64,000 nt of DNA from an uncultured Prolixibacteraceae bacterium (lineage in GTDB: Bacteria > Bacteroidota > Bacteroidia > Bacteroidales > FEN-979): NCBI GenBank assembly GCA_964449285.1, contig CAYUZX010000012.1, positions 150-64,149 of the forward strand, given 5' to 3'. How positions within the stretch are numbered: position 1 is the stretch's first letter; every line of letters begins with the position of its first letter. Both the position numbers and the translations under genes were made by a program. Shown in pieces: positions 15,746-25,949 of this stretch. Under the pieces are notes generated by a model. That model was not told where the DNA came from, made no database searches, and saw nothing but the letters and a program-made list of their open reading frames with translations.

Positions 15746-17137
15746 ATGAGAATCACACTCTACGGGGCTGCCAGCGGAGTGACAGGCAGCGCTTACCATG
15801 TTGAGACGAAAGAAGCCAACATCCTGATCGATTGCGGCATGTTTCAGGGAGGAAAAGAGGCCGACAAACTCAACCGTTCTGCTCCACCGGTTGATTTTAA
15901 ACGACTTGACTCCATTGTACTTACCCATGCCCACCTGGATCACTGCGGACGGCTTCCGCTGGCGATCCGCGCCGGGTATAATAACGCTATTTATGCAACT
16001 CCTGCTACGATTGAAATTGCCGGATTGATCCTCCGGGATTCACTCAAGATATATACCAGTGATCTGGAGAAACTCAACCGTATGTTACAACGCCAGGGGA
16101 AAAAGAAGCTGCAACCCTTATATGACAAGGAGGATGTAGAGCAGGCTATAAGGCAGATGGAATCCATTCCTTACAGGCAACCCTACATGGTGGCTTCCGG
16201 GATCAAAGTGATTGCCCAGGAGGCAGGCCATATCCTCGGATCGGTCAGCCTGAAAGTCGTCACCACAGAAGATGGGAAGGAGAAGTCTGTCGTTTTTTCC
16301 GGCGACCTTGGGGCCGCCGGGATACCAATCATAAAAGACCCCGAACCCTTCACGCAAGCCGATATGGTTTTCATGGAATCCACCTATGGCGATCGGGACC
16401 ACAAATCTCTCAGCGCTACCCTGGAGGAGGCTCGTACGATCATTCATGAAGCCATTGAATCCAACGGAAAAATTTTGGTCCCCTCGTTTGCCGTCGGCCG
16501 TACACAGGACCTCTTATATTACCTGGATGAAGCCTTCCACAAGGAAAACCTCCCGTCGTTTCCCATCTATCTCGACAGCCCGATGGCGATCCAGGCTACA
16601 AAGATCTACCTGCAGCATCCCGAGCTATATGATGAGGAGACGCAGGTATTGAATCTAAGGGGCCAGTTCAGGAAGGACCTGGCCAAGGTTCATCTCACAG
16701 CAACGCCTGATCAGTCAAAAGCGATCAATGATGTGGCTGGAACCTGTCTGATCATTGCCGGCTCGGGAATGTGCACCGCCGGACGGATCGTTCATCACCT
16801 TCGGCACAACCTGTGGCGGCCCGAAACATCTGTCGTTATCGTAGGTTACCAGGCCGTAGGAACTCTCGGGAGACAGCTTGTGGAGGGAGCCGAATATGTT
16901 AAAATCTGGGGCGAAACCATTGTGGTGAAAGCGAAGATCTACAGCCTGGGAGGATTCAGCGCCCATGCCGGGCAGTCGGATCTGCTGAAATGGTTTGGTG
17001 TCATTGCACCATCAAAACCTAGAGTTGTACTGATCCACGGGGAAGATAAAGCCCGGGCCGTGTTGGCGGAGAAGCTGAAGCAAGAGTTTGGCGTGAAGGC
17101 GGAGGTTCCTGGTTATGGTAAGACCGTTCAAGTGTAA
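15746..17137 (+). CDS. MBL-fold beta-CASP family hydrolase (RNA-metabolising nuclease type)
   Basis: It carries THAHLDHCGRLP (HxHxDH). The 463-aa length, the beta-CASP-like middle and the C-terminal GGFSAHAGQSDL motif fit this family. Confidence 0.85.
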   Translation: MRITLYGAASGVTGSAYHVETKEANILIDCGMFQGGKEADKLNRSAPPVDFKRLDSIVLTHAHLDHCGRLPLAIRAGYNNAIYATPATIEIAGLILRDSLKIYTSDLEKLNRMLQRQGKKKLQPLYDKEDVEQAIRQMESIPYRQPYMVASGIKVIAQEAGHILGSVSLKVVTTEDGKEKSVVFSGDLGAAGIPIIKDPEPFTQADMVFMESTYGDRDHKSLSATLEEARTIIHEAIESNGKILVPSFAVGRTQDLLYYLDEAFHKENLPSFPIYLDSPMAIQATKIYLQHPELYDEETQVLNLRGQFRKDLAKVHLTATPDQSKAINDVAGTCLIIAGSGMCTAGRIVHHLRHNLWRPETSVVIVGYQAVGTLGRQLVEGAEYVKIWGETIVVKAKIYSLGGFSAHAGQSDLLKWFGVIAPSKPRVVLIHGEDKARAVLAEKLKQEFGVKAEVPGYGKTVQV

Positions 17138-17185
17138 GGGAGCAAAGGAGCGAGGTTACGAAAACTTCGTACTTCTGACTTTCCC

Positions 17186-20100
17186 TTACCGTATCGTCAG
17201 CTTCGCCCTATACGATTCGGTTTCGCTCACCATCCTGACAAGATAAATACCTGATGACAGTCCTGAAAGATTGACTAACTCCCGTAGGTTACCATCAGAC
17301 GTATTCAGCTGTTTCGTCATCATGTTGCGCCCAAACAGATCGACAACTTGCAAAGTATAGGGTTGTTTTGCAGCACCGGTCAGAGTTATTGTCACCTCGC
17401 CGGATGCCGGATTGGGATAAACCTTCAGCCGGTTTTTGAATCCTGTCTCTCCGGGATTTACGGCTGTGATATCGGCAATAGCAAAGTCGTCAATAGCAAA
17501 ATCCCCCTTCTGGCCACAGGAGGTGATTCCCCTGAACCGCAGGGCAACCACCTGTCCGTTCCAAGGGGAAAGATCGATCTCCAGCTCTTTCCATTCATCT
17601 CCCTGGTTGCCGAGGATGGGTTGAACGATATCGTTAACAATCGTTGATCCGTCAAAAAGATCAACATGAAATTGCCCTATATCGGCTCCCCAGGCATGGT
17701 ACCAGATCGTCAGCGTGGGAGCGACCCCATGCCGGAGATCAACACACGGCGTGTTGATGATAGCCTCTTTATCCAGGCAATAGGCTGATGGCTCCATGTA
17801 GAGATACTTCCCAGAATAAGATCCTGTGGTATGGTCGGTAGTGGGACCGGTTTGACCTGTTGAGGTTGGCCCGTAATACGTTCGCCAATCGTGCTGGTCG
17901 TAGACATCATTGGCCAGGTTATACCATCCCTGTTCCAGGTTACAAGTATAGAGTTCGCAGATGGGTGCGGAAGCACATTGTACCCATGTATCGAAATTCT
18001 GCTCGTATCCTAATGAAATGGTTATTCCGTCGATCACCTCGATGGGGATCTCCAGCAGGTTGTTCGCGGGATTCTGATCGGCCGAATAGTCGATCCAGGC
18101 TTTGAGGTTATAAGACCCAACAGTTGAGATGTCAATTGTCTCAGAGAACAGATAGATGATTGTAGAATCCGGATCAATCGTACCGGTGTAGCTCTCCGTG
18201 ACTTCCGTATTGTTATCCAGCTGGAACTTCAGTGTAGGGTTTATGATCGATTCGGTGCCAAAATTCCTGACTTCAACAGAGACTGGCACGGTTGACAGAT
18301 TCATCAAACTTGCCTGGAAGAGACCCCATTGGGCTGTAGGGATAGAGACCATCATCGCATCTGTGGGGAAGCAATTAAATGTTCCTGGAGTCTTTTCCAG
18401 TGCGACGGCCCTTCTGCCTGTTGCCCCGTTCTCGCCGAGTGCCCTGACAGTGAACCATGAACTGGTGACAGTATTGGTATCTTCAACGATAATGGAGGTA
18501 GCAGAGGTCACTCCTATCGAGTCCATATACTTCTCACCCAGTTTCATAACCTCATAGGATGTAGCTCCGAAAACAGGACTCCAGCTGAAGTGCGTAACAC
18601 CGATGCAAGCCCAGTCGACCTGCAGGTTGCAGGGCACTCCCAGGATGGTAAAAGGTGCGTCCGTTTGCGAAACCGAACTCCCCCTGGTGATTCTGACGAG
18701 GGCTTCACCGGTAACTGTATTGGGAATGGTCCAGCTGAAGAAGCGAGTTCCTCCTGCCATATTTTCTGCGATGATCTCCCAGGTTTGGCCGTTATCCAGC
18801 GACGACTCCAACGTAAAGGTCTGACTTTCGCCAAACGCATCCCAGCGGATGAGTTCCGAAGTGCCGGGAACCATCGATTCTCCGCCAACGGGATAAGTAA
18901 GGACTACATCCTGAGGGATGAACTCATAGATCACATAGTAGGTTTGTGGTCCCTGGGGAACGGTTGCTCCCTGAACCTGAACGGTATATGTCCCAGCATC
19001 GGGGCTGTCGAGTGTCACCTGTTCCATGTTATTCCTGTCGTCGGTTCCTCTGAACGCTGACATGTTGAGGCTGTCGGGGTTCGGGTAGTGACTGAGTTTC
19101 CAGGGAAGCCAGGTGGTGGAACCAGGGTCGGTGAGGGTCATGTTGAGGTTATTCACCAATGCCCAGTTGGTGTTAACCGATGCTTCATAGTCGGTCCAGT
19201 AGATCATCACCCTGAGTTGAGCCACGTTGGCCGGGACGTCTACGAGATGGGTAATGGTACTGCCCTGGTTGAGGGAACCCGAATCAAACCGGGCCTCTTC
19301 AATCACCTTAACAGCTCGCAGTGCATTAATACGACCCCATCCGAATTTAAAGTCGGGACCCGGATTTCCAAGGTCTTCCGCAGTATTTAGCAGGATGCCT
19401 TTCATCAATCCGGCCATTGGGTCATTTCCGGAGTAAGTTTCCCGGTAAGCCTGGTATAACTGGGCCAGTGTGCCAGCTACACCCGGGCAGGACATGGAGG
19501 TGCCCGATTTCAACGCATACGTATTGGGATCGACGGTTGAATAGACATTGGAACCTTTAGCAGCACAGTCAGGCTTGATACGGCCGTCGTGTGCCGGCCC
19601 CCGACTGCTGGAAGTTGAGAGCCCGTCGGCGTAGTCGACGTTGGCGACCGCAATTACGTTCTTGCCGATTTTATGGCCGCCGGTGACATTCCCCCAACCC
19701 GCGCCTGCTCCATAGCCGCAGTTGCTTGTACCGTCGTTGCCTGCAGAGAACACATGCAACAGGGAAGGATAGACCCGAACCTGCTGATCAAGGGTGCGGG
19801 CCAGAGTGGTGTATCCTGCATTGCACCCATTGCTGTAGGATGTGGAGGTAATCCTGACCCCCAGGTTGCCATAATCCTGAGGAATGGCGCTGAAACCAGG
19901 GTAATTGCTAGCGCTATATACATAAAGTTCGGCGCCAAAGGCATTGCCTTTCCCGAGAGGGTTTACATTGCCAGCAGCCATGATGATGCCCGCACAGTGG
20001 TCGCCGTGGTCGCCGCTGTTGTTGCCCAGGAACTGCGCCAGGATTCTTTCCTGGTAATCGATATGTGGTCCGATGACGCCGTCGTCCTGGAGCTCAACGT

Positions 20101-20821
20101 GAACCCCGGTTCCGTCATAATGGCGTCCGGCACCGTAATCGGTCGCAATGGCATTGGTACGATGGAGCGTGCGTCCCGTAGAGTTCTCAGGCTCAGGCTC
20201 GGGGTAAACGGGTTCCATGAAGACAACAAAAGGGAGGGCGGCAATAGACTGGATCTGATCTTGTGGAACAGCTACGTTGATATAGTGGCCGAAGTTTTCA
20301 CTCAGGATAAGCGGAAGTCCTTTCGCCTGCAATGCGCCGGCAACCTGATCGGGGTTGAGGTTGGGGTAATAATTAACCAGAACACTGATGCTTCCATTGT
20401 CCATGATCGCATGATTGGGGAAGTTCCCTTCATAAAGATCCGGGGAGAGTTTGTAATCGACATCAATGGCTGAAATACTACGGATGCCCTTTCCTGTCAG
20501 CGCCCCTGCATTAAAATCCTGCCGGAAAGCTGCGAAATAGGCATTTTGCGGAAGGTAGTCCAATAAGTTGACTCCAGCATCGTTAAGGGCCATCTTTGTC
20601 ATTTGATCGGGGATTTCATAGAACTGGATGATCTTGAAGAACTGGCCATTATATAGGGTTTCAGAGGAAACCGAAAAGGATGAGAGAAATGCCTCCGTGT
20701 TGGCTTCGGGGACAACCGTCCCGGTTTTAAAATGGAGAGTAAAATCACCGGATTGAGGTTGTGAGAAGATGGTTGCAGTCACCAGCAGGCACACTGTCAG
20801 GAGGGAAGATCGTAAAGCCAT
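17186..20821 (-). CDS. S8 subtilisin-family peptidase with MAM domain and T9SS C-terminal sorting domain
   Basis: The catalytic triad contexts are LQDDG, HGDHCAG and SGTSMSCPGVAG. The MAM-like region is QHDWRTYYGPTSTGQTGPTTDHT ... GDFAIDDFAI. The CTD is KVYPNPASGEVTITL ... GIYLVRM. I set the start at the internal ATG 20821 (MALRSSLLTVCLL...FSQ), which is supported by the -7 box at 20850. Confidence 0.9.
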   Translation of the reverse strand: MALRSSLLTVCLLVTATIFSQPQSGDFTLHFKTGTVVPEANTEAFLSSFSVSSETLYNGQFFKIIQFYEIPDQMTKMALNDAGVNLLDYLPQNAYFAAFRQDFNAGALTGKGIRSISAIDVDYKLSPDLYEGNFPNHAIMDNGSISVLVNYYPNLNPDQVAGALQAKGLPLILSENFGHYINVAVPQDQIQSIAALPFVVFMEPVYPEPEPENSTGRTLHRTNAIATDYGAGRHYDGTGVHVELQDDGVIGPHIDYQERILAQFLGNNSGDHGDHCAGIIMAAGNVNPLGKGNAFGAELYVYSASNYPGFSAIPQDYGNLGVRITSTSYSNGCNAGYTTLARTLDQQVRVYPSLLHVFSAGNDGTSNCGYGAGAGWGNVTGGHKIGKNVIAVANVDYADGLSTSSSRGPAHDGRIKPDCAAKGSNVYSTVDPNTYALKSGTSMSCPGVAGTLAQLYQAYRETYSGNDPMAGLMKGILLNTAEDLGNPGPDFKFGWGRINALRAVKVIEEARFDSGSLNQGSTITHLVDVPANVAQLRVMIYWTDYEASVNTNWALVNNLNMTLTDPGSTTWLPWKLSHYPNPDSLNMSAFRGTDDRNNMEQVTLDSPDAGTYTVQVQGATVPQGPQTYYVIYEFIPQDVVLTYPVGGESMVPGTSELIRWDAFGESQTFTLESSLDNGQTWEIIAENMAGGTRFFSWTIPNTVTGEALVRITRGSSVSQTDAPFTILGVPCNLQVDWACIGVTHFSWSPVFGATSYEVMKLGEKYMDSIGVTSATSIIVEDTNTVTSSWFTVRALGENGATGRRAVALEKTPGTFNCFPTDAMMVSIPTAQWGLFQASLMNLSTVPVSVEVRNFGTESIINPTLKFQLDNNTEVTESYTGTIDPDSTIIYLFSETIDISTVGSYNLKAWIDYSADQNPANNLLEIPIEVIDGITISLGYEQNFDTWVQCASAPICELYTCNLEQGWYNLANDVYDQHDWRTYYGPTSTGQTGPTTDHTTGSYSGKYLYMEPSAYCLDKEAIINTPCVDLRHGVAPTLTIWYHAWGADIGQFHVDLFDGSTIVNDIVQPILGNQGDEWKELEIDLSPWNGQVVALRFRGITSCGQKGDFAIDDFAIADITAVNPGETGFKNRLKVYPNPASGEVTITLTGAAKQPYTLQVVDLFGRNMMTKQLNTSDGNLRELVNLSGLSSGIYLVRMVSETESYRAKLTIR

Positions 20822-20849
20822 AGTTACATATTTAATAAATTGAATTCGA

Positions 20850-20857
20850 CAAAGATA
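20850..20857 (-). promoter_or_regulatory. -7 box TATCTTTG
   Basis: It lies 29 nt upstream of the ATG at 20821, and downstream of the longer ORF-track start. Confidence 0.5.
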
Positions 20858-21147
20858 CCAGAATTGATATAAAGAAGACAAGAAAGCGGCTTTAGTGGTT
20901 GCATCACAGACAGGGAGATTGTGATAAGGTGATGAGCAATGGATTTTCTATCTTTACCCCCGGAATCGGATTGGGTATGGAGCTATCTAAAAACGTATTG
21001 GCCGGACAAGTATCAATCGGGATGAAAGGGGCCGACCCTGAACTACACTTCCGGTATAAATATTACGTAGCTTCAGTTTACTATTCACTTCCTCTGGTGG
21101 GATTTTACAGCAGGGGAACCGGGGTGAAAATCGGCATGGGATTTTAG

Positions 21148-22068
21148 ATGAAAACGGAAGGACATAGCGACTCAAAACGTGCGGTTATAATTGCCTTGAT
21201 CGGCAACTTACTCATCTTTGTCATTAAACTGATCGTCTCCTTTATTACCACCAGCTCGGCTATGCTGGCAGAAGCGATCCACTCCTTTGCCGACTGTTTC
21301 AACCAGGTCTTTCTGCTCATCGGAGATGTAAGATCCAAACACCCTGCTACGGAGCGGCATAGTTTCGGGTTCAGCCGCGAAGTCTTTTTCTGGTCGTTGC
21401 TGGTAGCAGTCCTCCTCTTTTTCGTTGGAGCTCTCTTTTCCATCTACGAAGGGATTCATAAGCTACTGAACCCAGAAGAGATGAAAGAGATCTACTGGAT
21501 CTTTATCGTACTGCTGATCTCCATTACCATTGAAGCGAAGAGTTTTCATGTCGCCTTCAAAGCGTTCCGAAAGAAGAGCGCCAAACCTCTTCTGAAAGCG
21601 ATTGAAGAATCAACGGACACCAATCTCCTGGTTATCATTCTGGAAGATTTCGCCGCTTTAACCGGACTGACCATTGTACTGGCAACCACTGTAATATCTA
21701 TATTTTATCCGATTTTTGATGCCATTGGAAGTATTTTGGTTGGTGTGCTCCTGGCAGCCATCTCTTACAAAATGGCTTTCGAGATCAAACGCTTCATCGT
21801 GGGGGAGAGCATCCCACGGGAAAAAAGGACACTGATCAAACGGATCCTGCAGGAATATCAATTGGTGGAGCATGTCAACCGCATCCGAACCATGGTGGTG
21901 GGCAACGACAAATACATGGTAATCATCTCGGTAGATATTGATGACGAAGCCACCGGATATTACACCGAAGACATCCTCGATGAGATCAAACAACGGATTT
22001 TACAAACGATTCCTGAGGTGGAGGAGGTGTACATTGACATTCAGGATCTTAGAAGGAGCACCTATTAG
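21148..22068 (+). CDS. cation diffusion facilitator (CDF) metal efflux transporter
   Basis: It has six TM segments, the HSFADCFNQ motif in TM2 and a C-terminal cytoplasmic domain. Confidence 0.9.
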   Translation: MKTEGHSDSKRAVIIALIGNLLIFVIKLIVSFITTSSAMLAEAIHSFADCFNQVFLLIGDVRSKHPATERHSFGFSREVFFWSLLVAVLLFFVGALFSIYEGIHKLLNPEEMKEIYWIFIVLLISITIEAKSFHVAFKAFRKKSAKPLLKAIEESTDTNLLVIILEDFAALTGLTIVLATTVISIFYPIFDAIGSILVGVLLAAISYKMAFEIKRFIVGESIPREKRTLIKRILQEYQLVEHVNRIRTMVVGNDKYMVIISVDIDDEATGYYTEDILDEIKQRILQTIPEVEEVYIDIQDLRRSTY

Positions 22069-22116
22069 AAATAGTGAAGCAGTGAAATGGCGAAATGGGG
22101 TGGTGGTGAAGTGACG
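22069..22116 (+). repeat. purine-rich period-8 tandem repeat starting at the first base after the stop codon
   Basis: The units are AAATAGTG AAGCAGTG AAATGGCG AAATGGGG TGGTGGTG AAGTGACG. Confidence 0.75.
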
Positions 22117-22178
22117 GTTCGCTGAAGACTGGTATTGCATTTTCTTCATAACCATCACACGCTCACATGCTCACACCC

Positions 22179-23015
22179 TCAGAGGCTATACAATAACTTG
22201 ATCTCCTCCGCCCACAAACTCTCATCCGGTGTCTCCAGAATCAGTGGCATATTGTCAAAACGGGAATCATGCATGATCCGTTTGAATGGGAGTAATCCTA
22301 ATGTTCCTTTCCCGATACTTTCGTGGCGGTCGACCCGGCTGCCGAGGGGTTTCTTGGCATCATTGAGGTGCATCCCGCAGAGGAAGTTGAATCCAACCAC
22401 GTTTTCGAAATGGCTAAAGGTACCATCAAAGCCTTGGTCGGTGCTCAGATCGTACCCGGCGGCAAATGAGTGGCAGGTGTCGATACAAACTCCCACCCGG
22501 CTTTTGTCATCCACGTGGTCGATCATGAAGGCGAGTTGTTCGAATTCAAATCCCAGGTTGCTTCCCTGTCCGGCCGTGTTCTCGATCACGGCCGTCACCC
22601 CTTTTGTTTTATCCAGTGCAAGGTTTATCGATTCAGCGATCAATTTCATACAGGCTTCGTCGGAGATCTGCTTCAGCGTGCTTCCCGGGTGGAAGTTGAG
22701 CAGTTCCAACCCTAGCTGCTCGGCCCGCTGCATCTCGTCCAGGAAGGCGCCGCGTGATTTGGCAAGCATCTCAGGGTCAGGATTTCCGAGATTGATCAGA
22801 TAGCTATCATGCGGCAGGATATACTTCGGCGAGAAGCCGTATTTCTTGCAATTGGCTTTGAATGCGCTGATGCTGGCAGCCGTGAGTGGTGATGACACCC
22901 ATTGGCGCTGGTTTTTAGTAAATAGGGCGAAGGCTTTCGCTCCGATATCGTGGGCGTTCACAGGGGCGTTCTCCACACCTCCCGAGGCGCTGACATGGGC
23001 TCCGATGTATTTCAT
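22179..23015 (-). CDS. nfo: endonuclease IV (AP endonuclease)
   Basis: The N-terminus is [13 protein letters not shown]. The protein shows the conserved Nfo metal-ligand His, Asp and Glu pattern and is 278 aa from the internal ATG. Confidence 0.9.
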   Translation of the reverse strand: MKYIGAHVSASGGVENAPVNAHDIGAKAFALFTKNQRQWVSSPLTAASISAFKANCKKYGFSPKYILPHDSYLINLGNPDPEMLAKSRGAFLDEMQRAEQLGLELLNFHPGSTLKQISDEACMKLIAESINLALDKTKGVTAVIENTAGQGSNLGFEFEQLAFMIDHVDDKSRVGVCIDTCHSFAAGYDLSTDQGFDGTFSHFENVVGFNFLCGMHLNDAKKPLGSRVDRHESIGKGTLGLLPFKRIMHDSRFDNMPLILETPDESLWAEEIKLLYSL

Positions 23016-23044
23016 AGTGTAGGGATTTATGTGCAAGTATACGG

Positions 23045-23125
23045 AAAATGGTGAAATGGTGAAATTGCGAAAAGCGAAATTGCGAAATAGCGAAAAGCTG
23101 GATGCCGGATGCCAGATACCGGATA
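23045..23125 (+). repeat. compound short tandem repeat (period 8, then period 7)
   Basis: The period-8 part runs AAATGGTG AAATGGTG AAATTGCG AAAAGCG AAATTGCG AAATAGCG AAAAGCTG. The period-7 part runs GATGCCG GATGCCA GATACCG. It lies in a divergent intergenic region. Confidence 0.8.
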
Positions 23126-23135
23126 TTTCTGTGAC

Positions 23136-23172
23136 TTCGTGTCTTTGCGCCTTTGCGTCTTTGCGGTGAAGT
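23136..23172 (+). repeat. word-repeat, TTTGCGCC..GCG..TTTGCGGT family
   Basis: The sequence is CTTCGTGTCTTTGCGCCTTTGCGTCTTTGCGGTGAA. It is the inverted copy of the element at 10134-10172. Confidence 0.7.
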
Positions 23173-23193
23173 CTTGCAAACGAGAAAACAGAG

Positions 23194-23201
23194 TATCTTT
23201 G
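23194..23201 (+). promoter_or_regulatory. -7 box TATCTTTG
   Basis: It lies 22 nt upstream of the ATG at 23223. Confidence 0.5.
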
Positions 23202-23222
23202 AACGATACAAAGTTTTATCCC

Positions 23223-24083
23223 ATGAAAAAATTCTATTCAACTTTCTTTCTTTTGACCTGTATCGGCATTTCGGCAGTATATTCTCAGTTCCAGCCGCTG
23301 ACAGGGAACGAGCTACCGGGAGCGGTTGTGGTTAGCACCTACAACTACACGCCTGAAACCATCTGGAACTACAATAGTGATGCTGCCCCGATGATATCCG
23401 AATATGGTTTCAACGCCCTGTTGGTTCAGAAATTCATGGTAGGGATGGAAGATTTCAAGCTCGAAGCTTATTTCATGAACAGTCCTGAAGCGGCTTACGG
23501 CCCTTACTCCACTAATATCCTTGGATGCACCAAACAGGACTCTATTACCTCCTGGGACTGCCTCACTCAGTATCAATATAAAGCGGCTTACGGACGTTTT
23601 TACATGATTATAACTAACCAATCGGGCTCTAAGGGGGCACAGCAATACGGCTATACGATCACGCAGAAGTTCATGCAGCTCAATCCACAAACGTCCCTGG
23701 AGTTGCCTTACGTATTCAACGCACCAGCCTTTGCCGACAACCGTAACCAGGTCGACTTCGTCAGCGGCATGCTGGGGATGCAGAACAGTTTGCTTGGATG
23801 GGAAAATCTGATCGTTGGTGTACGTTTTGCCATGTATGCCGTCATCCTTCCCGATCCACGCGGGGAGATCTATTTTGCACAGATTACTTTCCCAACCCAA
23901 GCCGACATGTACAACTTCCTCACCCGCGCCAAACTGATGCAGAACGGCGTCCCCATCCAGGCCTATAACGATTACGGCTTCCTCTTCCGCGAATTCGTCA
24001 TATCCGATCCCTCCAGCCCACTGACCATCTACTTCCTCCAGAGCTCCGTGCCGATTGCGATTGCGGAGGTGACGGAGGAGTGA
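23223..24083 (+). CDS. hypothetical secreted protein
   Basis: The signal peptide is [23 protein letters not shown] recognise no motif. The antisense 267-aa ORF is judged to be a shadow. Confidence 0.6.
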   Translation: MKKFYSTFFLLTCIGISAVYSQFQPLTGNELPGAVVVSTYNYTPETIWNYNSDAAPMISEYGFNALLVQKFMVGMEDFKLEAYFMNSPEAAYGPYSTNILGCTKQDSITSWDCLTQYQYKAAYGRFYMIITNQSGSKGAQQYGYTITQKFMQLNPQTSLELPYVFNAPAFADNRNQVDFVSGMLGMQNSLLGWENLIVGVRFAMYAVILPDPRGEIYFAQITFPTQADMYNFLTRAKLMQNGVPIQAYNDYGFLFREFVISDPSSPLTIYFLQSSVPIAIAEVTEE

Positions 24084-24136
24084 GGTAATTGGGGCAAGTG
24101 AGGGAAAGGGGTGCAAGTGAGGAAAGTGGGGATAGT
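24084..24136 (+). repeat. purine-rich imperfect repeat directly after the stop codon
   Basis: There are two units of about 19 nt, GCAAGTGAGGGAAAGGGGT and GCAAGTGAGGAAAGTGGGG, with G/A-rich flanks. Confidence 0.65.
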
Positions 24137-24363
24137 GTTTTGGATTATAGCCGGGAAGATTCAGCTACTTTTTTCGTTTTCATTGATTTTTTGGTTCGAT
24201 TCAAAACCAAAGGATGGCATTATCAAATGCTGGTCTGATTGTCTGGGAATGCTGGTGTGCAATCCCCGCCCCTACGCCGGATCCCACCTCCTCCATCAGG
24301 GTACTGCCATACTTTCGTGTACTATAAAAACAACCAAACCGCATATATATGTAGAAAAATCCA

Positions 24364-24371
24364 TACCTTTG
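24364..24371 (+). promoter_or_regulatory. -7 box TACCTTTG
   Basis: It lies 31 nt upstream of the ATG at 24402. It therefore sits inside the ORF-track N-terminal extension, which argues against that extension. Confidence 0.5.
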
Positions 24372-24401
24372 CAACGACTCACTCTAACTAAAAAAACGAC
24401 G

Positions 24402-25949
24402 ATGATGATGCGGTTGATTGTTTGTCTCTCTTTTCTACTTATTGTAACCCTCGTACCCAGTATTACTCTGGAAGCAATAACACCACTTTCACCACCCGAT
24501 ACCCTCGGGCAGGCAAAACAACTCCGGGATGCCGGAAAGCTGAAGGATGCCCTGAAACTGCTGGAACCATACTACACTGCCCATCCGACTGATCTCAACG
24601 CAGCCTGGATCTATGCTCAAACAGCCTACTGGGTCAAGCGGTTCGGACTTTCGCAACAGATCTACGAGACGGCCATCAGGACCCATCCAAAAAATCTTTA
24701 CATCCAGCTCGATTACGCCAAGATGCTTGTGGATATTGGAAAATACGAAAAGGCGATGCCTTATTTACAGGCTTATCTGGCGTATGATTCGACAAATACG
24801 CAGGCTAAACTGATCATTGCCAAAATGACTTTCTGGAAAGGGAATTACAAAGAGGCAGAGGACAACGCTTCTGAACTGGTGACGGCGGATCCGGCTAATA
24901 CGCAAGCGGCCTCCTTGCTCGATGCGATCCGCCTGGCTAAAAGTCCCTGGATCGGAATCACCGGCTCCTATTATACCGACAACCAGCCACTGCAAACGAT
25001 TTTTCCTGTGCTCGAAAGTAACATCTGGCTGCATCCGCTCTCCACCCTGCGTTTCAGCGTCAGGAGCCCATTCTTTTCACAGGGAGGAACATATACAAAC
25101 GCCCTCTGGATTCAGGCCGGCAACAGCTCTTTCATCTGGAAAGGAAACTGGAAGATTACTGTTGACGCAGGGGTGCTGAAGTATCCCTATAAAAATACTA
25201 CCACCTGGACAGGTAATCTGGAATTGGAGAAACGGTCGTTCCGCCACCTTGTCACCACCCTCCAGGCCGAACGGAAACCCTATTTTTCCACCGGAAGCAG
25301 CATCGATACGGTGATCAATGAGTACCATGTTGCCGAAACCATCCACTGGGATAACTTCAACTCATGGAATGGACAGGTCTCTTTCAATCTTGACTATTTC
25401 CTGGCAGATAAGAACTCCATCTACTCCTTTGCTGCCTGGGGACTTGCTCCTCCTATCAAGGCTTCGGTATTCGATTTCAGGCTGGGATATGGGTTCGGCT
25501 ACAGCACCGCTACTGATGACAACTTTCAACCCACCGAAAAAAAATCAGATATCATTGCTAATTACGATCCTGCCGTAGGCATCGAAGGGATCTATTATCC
25601 CTACTTTACCCCGAAGCAACAGCTTGTCAACTCCGCCTTGTTATCGATAGGTATTCACCCGGTGAAAGGATTCGATATCGGCATCAGCGGGAACCTGGGA
25701 TTCTATGCTACGGCTCAAATCCCCTATTTCTATCTGGATACAAATAACTTCGGTGAAGATGTTATCAAAAAGGGATTCAGCAAGGAGAAGTATTTCCCTT
25801 TTACTATCAGTGCCTTTGCCTCTGTTCAGTTATCAAAAAAAGTCAGCATTCGTGCTGATTACAAATACAATAGCACCTACTTTTGGGCAGAACATTATGC
25901 GGGTTTGCAACTAAAGATTCATCTCTGGAATGCGAAAAAGCGGAAATAA
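24402..25949 (+). CDS. TPR-repeat plus C-terminal beta-barrel outer-membrane protein (PgaA/BcsC/PelB-like architecture)
   Basis: The signal is MMMRLIVCLSFLLIVTLVPSITLEA. TPR-like helices fill residues about 40-170. Alternating beta-strand-like segments then run to a C-terminal aromatic (LQLKIHLW). Confidence 0.55.
   Translation: MMMRLIVCLSFLLIVTLVPSITLEAITPLSPPDTLGQAKQLRDAGKLKDALKLLEPYYTAHPTDLNAAWIYAQTAYWVKRFGLSQQIYETAIRTHPKNLYIQLDYAKMLVDIGKYEKAMPYLQAYLAYDSTNTQAKLIIAKMTFWKGNYKEAEDNASELVTADPANTQAASLLDAIRLAKSPWIGITGSYYTDNQPLQTIFPVLESNIWLHPLSTLRFSVRSPFFSQGGTYTNALWIQAGNSSFIWKGNWKITVDAGVLKYPYKNTTTWTGNLELEKRSFRHLVTTLQAERKPYFSTGSSIDTVINEYHVAETIHWDNFNSWNGQVSFNLDYFLADKNSIYSFAAWGLAPPIKASVFDFRLGYGFGYSTATDDNFQPTEKKSDIIANYDPAVGIEGIYYPYFTPKQQLVNSALLSIGIHPVKGFDIGISGNLGFYATAQIPYFYLDTNNFGEDVIKKGFSKEKYFPFTISAFASVQLSKKVSIRADYKYNSTYFWAEHYAGLQLKIHLWNAKKRK

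Noticed and set aside
17348-20473. Plus-strand ORFs of up to 266 aa lie antisense to the S8 peptidase gene.
   Set aside because: These are shadow frames of a gene with unambiguous subtilase, MAM and CTD motifs. They have no motifs of their own and no promoter boxes.
20899-21147. An 82-aa plus-strand ORF ends in GVKIGMGF, which is like an OMP beta-signal.
   Set aside because: It has no signal peptide and no promoter box, and it overlaps the S8 gene promoter region. It is possibly a relic of an OMP C-terminus, but this is not supportable.
22135-22803. A 222-aa plus-strand ORF overlaps nfo.
   Set aside because: It is antisense to a textbook endonuclease IV sequence, and its translation is Ser/Pro/Arg-rich without motifs.
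23313-24116. A 267-aa minus-strand ORF is opposite the 23223-24083 ORF.
   Set aside because: The plus-strand reading has a signal peptide and a -7 box 22 nt upstream. The minus-strand reading has no start context and an antisense-like composition. Because neither has a recognisable family, this is the least certain strand call.
24111-24401. The ORF track gives a long N-terminal extension for the TPR/beta-barrel ORF.
   Set aside because: A TACCTTTG -7 box (24364-24371) and a signal peptide starting at 24402 indicate that the real start is the MMM at 24402. The extension has no coding character.
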